The notes under the pieces: model-generated | Told to the model about the DNA's origin: nothing | The model's database searches: none | Seen by the model: the letters and a program-made list of their open reading frames with translations, nothing else | NCBI GenBank assembly: GCA_950097015.1 | Contig: CATNEN010000008.1 | Coordinates: forward strand, 3,100,001-3,164,000 | Reading direction: 5' to 3' | DNA from: Macrostomum hystrix | Lineage: Eukaryota > Animalia > Platyhelminthes | Length of the DNA stretch: 64,000 nucleotides | Translations under genes and position numbers: made by a program | Shown: positions 57,101-64,000 of the stretch, one piece after another | Position numbering within the stretch: the stretch's first letter is position 1 | Layout: every line of letters begins with the position of its first letter

Positions 57101-59300
57101 TTTCATTTGGCACCTCAGAACCGGAGCCTCAGCGCCAAATCGGCACCCTGATTTTTTAAGGCTGGAGCCAAAACTCTGAATTCATTTTTGATAAAGATAA
57201 AGACAATGGAGTGATTGAAGATCAGAATGACAAAATAATTGATGGATTAGAAAACTTCTAAGAAATCGCAGTGCTTGGCGGTTTTGTCTATTTTTTTTGT
57301 CGTGATTTCTTGGAATTCTAGGAAAATACTTGATTTGCTTGTGCCATAGAACATAATACACTAAGACAAACACATTAAGATTAGTTGCTTCTTGCTCGCT
57401 CATGTGTATACTACCTTACCAAGGTAGGATTACTAAATAGGCTAGATGCATGATAAAATCTGAGTGTATGACTATTGACTGACAGACTGTCTCAATGTAA
57501 ATATATCCGCAATGTTAAAAGAAAATGAATGACGAGGCCTATGGCTATGTAAAATGAAGCATGAGGGTGTATTTGAGGTCACATACAATTTTGACACCAC
57601 AGTACACCATCGTCTAGTCTGTCAACCAATCAGTCACCTCCCAACGCTGTTAGCAGGCGCTGCCAAATAGATTTTCTATAGGGGGAATTTCCGAATTTCC
57701 GAATTCCCCCCTTGGTATAAAAACGGGCGGCAAAATGGCTTGGTAGTCCTACTGTTAATAATGAAGCAACTCACTCAGCTGAGCTTTCTGGAGTGTCAGA
57801 TCGGAGAAGCTCATGTAGTCCAAAAAACTGGATGCGTTGGCTGCCGAAATGTCTTTTCTCAACAGGAGGTACCTGACCTAGAGATATTTGATGCAACGGC
57901 TTAGTTAAGACCTATAGGGTGTAATTTTTTGTACTAAGGGTGCTGTAAAATTTTCCGAGCTTGATCTGAGTACGAATTGCGTCTTATTAGACGTAAAATT
58001 GTAACATATTGACTTATAAACAATGTTTGATTACACAAAAAATTCATTACATAGGAATGTTTTCGTTTAAAGTTGTTAACGATTAAAAATCCCTACTTCA
58101 CGGTTTAATTTTAGATTCACAGATACAAATATTTGTCACTGTCGTTGACATGCCATGATAAAATTGGACTCACTCACCTTAGACCCAAACTCCCAATGAT
58201 TTTTTGGTGCACTCATTTCGTCACTTAATAGGCTGAATTGTTAATCGTGTCTGCAGCGATTTAAGTTTAACCCAATTGCTTTATCACTCACGTAGGCTGC
58301 GGTACATGGAAACATTTTGTCTATGGCCAGGCCAGGCATATGATTTCCCTTTAAACAATTTTGGGGTAGGGAATTTTGTGTCTATGACATTCAACAGCCC
58401 ATTGAATGGAACGGAGGGGGGAACCGGGTGCTAAAATGCGAAAGCGAGCAAGATAAAAACAACTCAGCCAGATCAGCACTCCATTCTTTTCTTTCCTCCA
58501 TGGCCTAATCGGACTCAATTTGTACTCAGGGCAAACAATAGTCCGGAAACTTTTACTGCACCCTCATATTTTGAGATTATCCTCGCAGACACAAAACAGA
58601 ATCGACTCACCTCTGCAAAACAGTCCACTGTGAACTTCTCCCCGGCTATGACCTCGCCATTATGTTTGCTCCTGGTGACGCCGCACCGTTTCCAGTGCTG
58701 TTGGGATTGTTTGAACTCTCTGCTCAGACTATTTGAACTGCAGTGATCGCCTGAGAACAGCTCAGCGTTGCTGCTTGTTGTCCAGATCTCTATGCCTTGG
58801 GTTCTCGGGTAGACATAATTAAACTCGTCTGAAAGCATGCGTTAGTTATTCTACCTGACAAAATAGCCGTAGAGCAGGCCCATTGTGCTTAACAAGCTCA
58901 CCCTCTCTGCCCTTCAAGGTAACCGATCTGATCAGCAATGTCTCATTTAGTCGCACCGCGAACCAGTGGAATCCGCTGTCTGCTTGGCTCTTGCTAAAGC
59001 TGTGCATGAACTCGTAGCTCAATCGGACATCTCGCACCCTGTCCTCAGCAGCCTGGTTCCTGGCATTGAAGCACGTGCCATTATAGCTGGAGGACTGCCA
59101 GGAACTGAGCACTCTGTTCCTTCGAACTTGGAAATCACCTAAATTTTGTGAATAAGTTGGCTGGGCGATCAGGTAGCCAGAGCAATATCACACGGTGCTA
59201 CAAAATCCGCACAGCAACACCTGTAGTACTCACAAGCAAACTCGGCTCTGGCCCATATGGCCCATTCTACCAACAGTAAAATTCGTAGAGAAAATTTCAT
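54195..59300 (-). CDS. Type I membrane receptor: signal peptide, F-type-lectin (F5/8C-fold)-like domain, Ig domain, further beta-rich segment, TM helix, Tyr-repeat tail. Exons: 59234-59300, 58902-59138, 58611-58828, 58292-58296 (or -58320), 58178-58232, 57775-57877, 56548-56784, unresolved link, 55688-55891, 54901-55161, 54730-54804, 54195-54674
   Basis: Signal peptide [19 protein letters not shown]. Lectin-like WQSSSY...FMHS...HWFAVRL...[11 protein letters not shown]...VRYLLL. Ig VSCKLLC...[20 protein letters not shown]...[29 protein letters not shown] followed by basic RVIRQK. Tail has repeated (D/E)DYLTV. Phases agree everywhere except between 56548 and 55891. Confidence 0.75.
54228..54530 (-). 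repeat. Coding 36-bp minisatellite (12-aa PTAE(D/E)DYLTVL(L/P)) in the receptor tail
   Basis: In frame with a spliced exon starting at 54674; units alternate as a 72-bp dimer. Confidence 0.88.
55398..55578. repeat. 15-bp repeat GGGGATCTGGGACCT in a receptor intron
   Basis: Read directly from the sequence. Confidence 0.92.
55938..56197 (+). mobile_element. SINE copy, same family
   Basis: GCAGAGCGGTCAACGCGTTTACCTCTCGC...GACGATGAGAAAAGTCAGGGCAGATG...CAGCCCTCCTGCAATTATTA. Confidence 0.65.
56858..56980 (-). mobile_element. SINE partial copy, same family
   Basis: GTGGCCTCGCCGCGGAATTGAGCTCAGG matches 15500-15530; the adjacent CACACAGGTGTG segment matches the family body. Confidence 0.55.
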
Positions 59301-60226
59301 TCTTCCTCTGCGAAACATTTTCCGCACAGATTCCATTAGTTTATAAATGTGCCTGTGTACATGAGGTCCCTCATGATCCGTGTTCCGTACCCTCCAGCCT
59401 TGACTTGCTTGCAGACAGTTTGCAAAGATTGCTAACGTTAAACAGAAACTGCATGGCATGCGGGGCTAATGAATTTCTGGTTAACTTCTGTTGGCAACCG
59501 CAAAATCCATCCAGATTAAATTGATAATAAATTTATTTGTATTTAAACAATTTTCAAACACGCTTAAAAGCGAATGCATTTGTGCTATCATCTCGTACAC
59601 ATCGCAACACTTGGCTGCTGTTTTCTCTGCTACACATATTGATTTTATTATTCGCTTGTCACATCGAAGGTCCTATCGAAACACTCACTGGAGAATTGAG
59701 TATTTTTAGCAACAAGTACAAAGCGTACAACTAATTAAATTAGCCTTATGAAATGATTAAGCTTGAAAAACGCAATAAAATGTTACTCCTTGAGGGAGTT
59801 TTTCAACTCCTTTTCAGTCGTCCCTTTGTTTTATTTTTGTAATTGTAGACGTGGACGAAACGATATTTTCCAAGACCAAAAACTTAGAAATTTGCTCGTA
59901 AATTACATTTTATACCAAGAATTTAAAGAAAACTTAGTTATTTCTAGAAACAAAATCGTTAAAAATAGATTATCATAACAAAAAAATTGTAGAAGGCAGA
60001 ATTACCTCCTGGCTGGATGTGGGTCCACTGTGACCAAATGATGTGCCATTGCCCACAGCCCTCTAGCAATAATTATTACTATTTTTTTCCTGAACGCAAA
60101 CACACTATTGATAGCAGTGTCAGATAATGCACGCGAGTGTCACTAGCATCTGTGCACCTGTGCTCATATTTCGGCTCAAATTTGTAACTGACATTCTCTG
60201 GCACCTCTGAGACCAGTTAGTTACTT

Positions 60227-61582
60227 CGGGTGTGTCATAAGTACGAGTAATGTCACTGAGGGTAAAACAGACCAACTAACAATCGCAGATGAACGAAACT
60301 GTATCAATCAACAACATAGTGTCCCCCAATATCAATCACCCTCTGGCGCTCGTACAGCTTCTCTACCTCAGCCTGCAGGTGTTTTTCCTCCAGCTGTCGG
60401 AACCAGTGCAACGCGGCTTCTTTGACCTCATCATGGTTTGCGAAACTTCTCTGGGAAAAGTCTGCCTTCAGCCATTTAAAGAGAAACCTGTCGCACAAGT
60501 TGAAGTCTGGGCTGTAGGGACTCTGCCAGAGCAGATTTACTCGCCGTCCAGCCAGAAAATCCGAAACAGCCTGACAGGTGTGGGGCCGTGCGTTGTCCAT
60601 CTGCCACAGAACTTCGTTCAGGTGAATCGGGTTTGACCGGAGCGTGCGCCAGAGGTTCCCAGTGTGTCGGACAAAGTCGATGAAGTACTGGCCATCGACC
60701 TTGGTGTTTGGCGGAGTTGTACAGATGGAGACTCGTTTGTTTGGCGTGAATGCCACCAGCAGCATGGTCTTCTTGTCTGAGATGGACCTCCTGGTCACAG
60801 TCAGCCTGGAGTCCCCAGCTCCCAGCCAGCAGCGATTGTCTGCCTTGCTGCTTTTGCCATCCAGGTGGAGCCAGGTCTCATCCTCAACAACCAGGCAGTT
60901 TAGGATGTCATCCAAGCCCCGGCTGCTGAACACCTTGCGGATCTGATTGGCGCAGTTCACACGGGCCTGACGTTGGTCCGCAGTGAGGTCATGGGGCACC
61001 CAGACCGAGCAGACGTTTCGGAGATGGAGATCCTCTGTCAAGATGCGATGGACTGTCTTGAAATCAATCTCCAAGCAGTCCGCTAGCTCCCTGACAGACT
61101 GCCGCGGGTCTTCCTTGACCAGGTCGCTGATGACTTCGATGTTCTCTATTGTCCTGGTTGAACATGGTCGTCCAGATCTGGCGGCATCTCCCAATTCGAA
61201 CCCAGGATCAGTAAAGTTCTGAAACCACCTGTAAATTGTCCTGCGAGTTGGGCAGTTGTCTGGCAGTGTGTTCCGGAGATCCTCCTCTACTTCAAGTGCA
61301 GATTTTCCAAGCTTGAAGCGAATGAAAGCGTAGAACTGGATGTGCGTCTTGTCGTGATTCATGTTGAGTTTTGCTCGTTGCAAAAAGAAGATTTCATCAC
61401 GTTGCGCTTGCTAAATCTGATTAACAAATTCTTGCGACAGTTTTGGCCATAGACATTAAAATTGCTGCTCAGGTGTGGTGGCAACTTCTCAATAAATGTA
61501 CTTTCAGAATATAATATATTTGGATGATTATTGCTTTGGGTTCCCGCACAACAACCACAGTGACATTACTTATGACACACCG
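60227..61582 (-). mobile_element. Mariner (Tc1/mariner, DD34D) DNA transposon, about 1.35 kb
   Basis: Inverted termini GGTGTGTCATAAGTA..ATGTCACTG at about 60227-60257 and 61558-61582; the right end is flanked by TA; the left TIR is interrupted by 6 nt. Contains a transposase ORF. Confidence 0.9.
60304..61362 (-). CDS. Mariner transposase (352 aa from the first ATG)
   Basis: TIYRWF, RSGRP, WVPHDL, DETW, MDNARPH, YSPDFNLCD motifs; uninterrupted ORF. Confidence 0.93.
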   Translation of the reverse strand: MNHDKTHIQFYAFIRFKLGKSALEVEEDLRNTLPDNCPTRRTIYRWFQNFTDPGFELGDAARSGRPCSTRTIENIEVISDLVKEDPRQSVRELADCLEIDFKTVHRILTEDLHLRNVCSVWVPHDLTADQRQARVNCANQIRKVFSSRGLDDILNCLVVEDETWLHLDGKSSKADNRCWLGAGDSRLTVTRRSISDKKTMLLVAFTPNKRVSICTTPPNTKVDGQYFIDFVRHTGNLWRTLRSNPIHLNEVLWQMDNARPHTCQAVSDFLAGRRVNLLWQSPYSPDFNLCDRFLFKWLKADFSQRSFANHDEVKEAALHWFRQLEEKHLQAEVEKLYERQRVIDIGGHYVVD

Positions 61583-62699
61583 TAGTATTATTATTATTAT
61601 TATTATTATTGAGGTGCGCACGCCGATTGGGTGCTGATTTTTTTGTTTATTTTATGTTTGAGGTTAAACAAATCGATTTTTTAAAGAGAAGGCGATAGGA
61701 AAACAGTAGCATGCGTAATTTTAGGTTATTAAAATATTTGAAAAAAAAACAAATTTTTGAAATAAACAAAGGCATTAAAACAAAAAATGAAATATTGAAA
61801 TTTAAAGAGAAAATTAAAACTGACCGAAAGGAGAATAGCGATTGTGTTTTCGCATTCTAACTATGGGCCTCAGGGCAGTGGCTTTTTATCTAGCTTTAAG
61901 TATGCTTTCTATGAAGTCCACAAAACTTTCTGTTAATTCTGTGCTGTCCTGTGTCACTAAATACACAGTTTTGTCATCAGCTGTTAGGCTTTCGAAAATA
62001 CGAACAATACCTGCCACTTTCTCTATGTATTTATTTCTAATTGGAACATAAACGGACTAATCGCATCTAAAGAGAATATGAGAAGTTTCGTTCTCTACCT
62101 CGACTCTACATTTTGGACATGTTCTGTTTTCATAGGCGATTTTCGGTCTTACAGTGCGCAATGTCTCACTGGCCAGTTTGTGGTCTCCTAGACGAAATCG
62201 GGACATTGTGCGCCTGCAGCACCGCATAGGGCGTTACAATGCAAAGGTTCTATTAGATGTAATTTTTCCAGATCGATTTTATTAAAAAGTTTTAAGTGAC
62301 GATGCAGAAAAAAATACCACGAAAAGTTAGCAGCAAATCTCTGCTAGCTTCTTCAGCTTGGCGCAGATCAGCACACGTACACGCCGTGGGTGGCGTTCTC
62401 AAGATTGCAGTCGGAGTTCTCATACTCTGCACCTCTCGCTGTCTGCTGACTCAGGGCCTGAACCTGAAGCTCCGTTTCTCTACTGCGGCTCTGCTGTTGA
62501 TTAAGTGAAAATCTCATGTACAAAATGCTCAGCTACATTCTAACACAAGCATGGTCCGGGCCAGAGAAAACACGTACCAAGCCGATGTGCTCCGACTGGT
62601 CCGAACGCACAACCCCTCGGCAACAGCGGGGAAGAGCAAGACTGATAACACCGAGCTGCAAGCGAAAAAGCTCGACGAGTGAACTCACGCAAAGTGGTG

Positions 62700-63651
62700 G
62701 ACATAGGTTCAAAGCGAAGAGGTGGACGTAGGTTCAATGCGAGGAGGCGGACGTAGGTTCAAGGCGAAGAGGTGGACGTAGGTTCAATGCGTGGAGGCGG
62801 ACGTAGGTTCAATGCGAGGAGGCGGACGTAGGTTCGAGGCGAGGAGGTGGACGTAGGTTCAAGGCGAAGAGGTGGACGTAGGTTCAATGCGAGGAGGCGG
62901 ACGTAGGTTCGAGGCGAGGAGGCGGACGTAGGTTCAATGCGAGGAGGCGGACGTAGGTTCAAGGCGAATTGGTGGACTTGGTTCAATGCGAGGAGGCGGA
63001 CGTAGGTTCAAGGCGAGGAGGCGGACGTAGGTTCAATGCGAGGAGGTGGACGTAGGTTCAGTGCGAGGAGGCGGACGTAGGTTCAATGCGAGGAGGCGGA
63101 CGTAGGTTCAATGCGAGGAGGCGGACGTAGGTTCAATGCGAGGAGGCGGACGTAGGTTCGAGGCGAGGAGGCGGACGTAGGTTCAATGCGAGGAGGCGGA
63201 GGTAGGTTCAATGCGAGGAGGCGGACGTAGGTTCAATGCGAGGAGGCGGACGTAGGTTCAATGCGAGGAGGCGGACGTAGGTTCAATGCGAGGAGGCGGA
63301 CGTGGGTTCGAGGCGAGGAGGTGGACGTAGGTTCAATGCGAGGAGGCGGACGTAGGTTCAAGGCGAAGAGGTGGACGTAGGTTCAAGGCGAAGAGGTGGA
63401 CGTAGGTTCAAGGCGAAGAGGTGGACGTAGGTTCAAGGCGAAGAGGTGGACGTAGGTTCAAGGCGAAGAGGTGGACGTAGGTTCAAGGCGAAGAGGTGGA
63501 CGTAGGTTCAAGGCGAAGAGGTGGACGTAGGTTCAAGGCGAAGAGGTGGACGTAGGTTCAAGGCGAAGAGGTGGACGTAGGTTCAAGGCGAAGAGGTGGA
63601 CGTAGGTTCAAGGCGAAGAGGTGGACGTAGGTTCAAGGCGAAGAGGTGGAC
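62700..63651. repeat. 25-bp minisatellite GGACGTAGGTTCAATGCGAGGAGGC, ~38 copies
   Basis: Period of 25; the variant switches to AAGGCGAAGAGGT distally. Confidence 0.95.
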
Positions 63652-64000
63652 TTATTTCAATGCAACAACACTCACCCAGATCAGTGCTGCCAACACACTA
63701 CCTATCAAAATGACTGCCGAAGAGAAGCCCCAGAAGAAGGACATCCTGAGCCTGCTCTTTGGAGTTGATCTAATCGTAGATTCACAAGTTCGCCCTGTTT
63801 GTAAGGTTTGTCCTGTCAGATTTTTTTGTTCAGATAACAAAAAAGTTGGACCTGTGGGTCGTGGGTCTGTGGGTTTGAATAATAAACTCAATAAATCGAA
63901 GCGAAATACTCGTAGAAGGCGACATCTATAAGACGAAAGGAAACCTCAATGAGTATAACTAGCAAGTTGAACTCACTACAGAACGACGAAGTGTTCTTTT

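Noticed and set aside
59169-59459. Upstream ATG at 59459 with a signal-peptide-like MPCSFCLTLAIFANCLQASQG
   Set aside because: It is in frame, but the second hydrophobic start at 59300 sits directly before the phase-1 donor and gives a normal signal peptide. The upstream start cannot be excluded, but it is not needed.

Overview
Eukaryotic (metazoan) genomic DNA with GT-AG introns, GC-rich exons and many minisatellites. The style suggests a free-living flatworm such as Macrostomum (inference only). Hand-splicing across the repeats gives four protein-coding genes: (1) a minus-strand secreted multi-CUB protein (SOL-1-like, at least 5 CUB domains, runs off the left edge); (2) a CDV3 homolog; (3) a 10-exon plus-strand Janus-kinase-like gene (FERM-like N-terminus, pseudokinase, tyrosine kinase; 1075 codons) whose first exon has no ATG and may take it from a trans-spliced leader; (4) convergent with it, a minus-strand single-pass receptor with an F-type-lectin-like domain, an Ig domain, a TM helix and a cytoplasmic tail built from a coding 36-bp minisatellite encoding nine tandem acidic tyrosine motifs. 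Also present: three identical tRNA-Gly(GCC) genes, an intact Ty3/Gypsy LTR element with identical LTRs in a kinase-domain intron, a mariner element, a TA-flanked MITE, several copies of a tRNA-derived SINE and about 20 tandem-repeat arrays. The best candidate for a new system is the adjacent JAK-like kinase plus lectin/Ig tyrosine-motif receptor. Most long ORFs in the supplied track are repeat artefacts.
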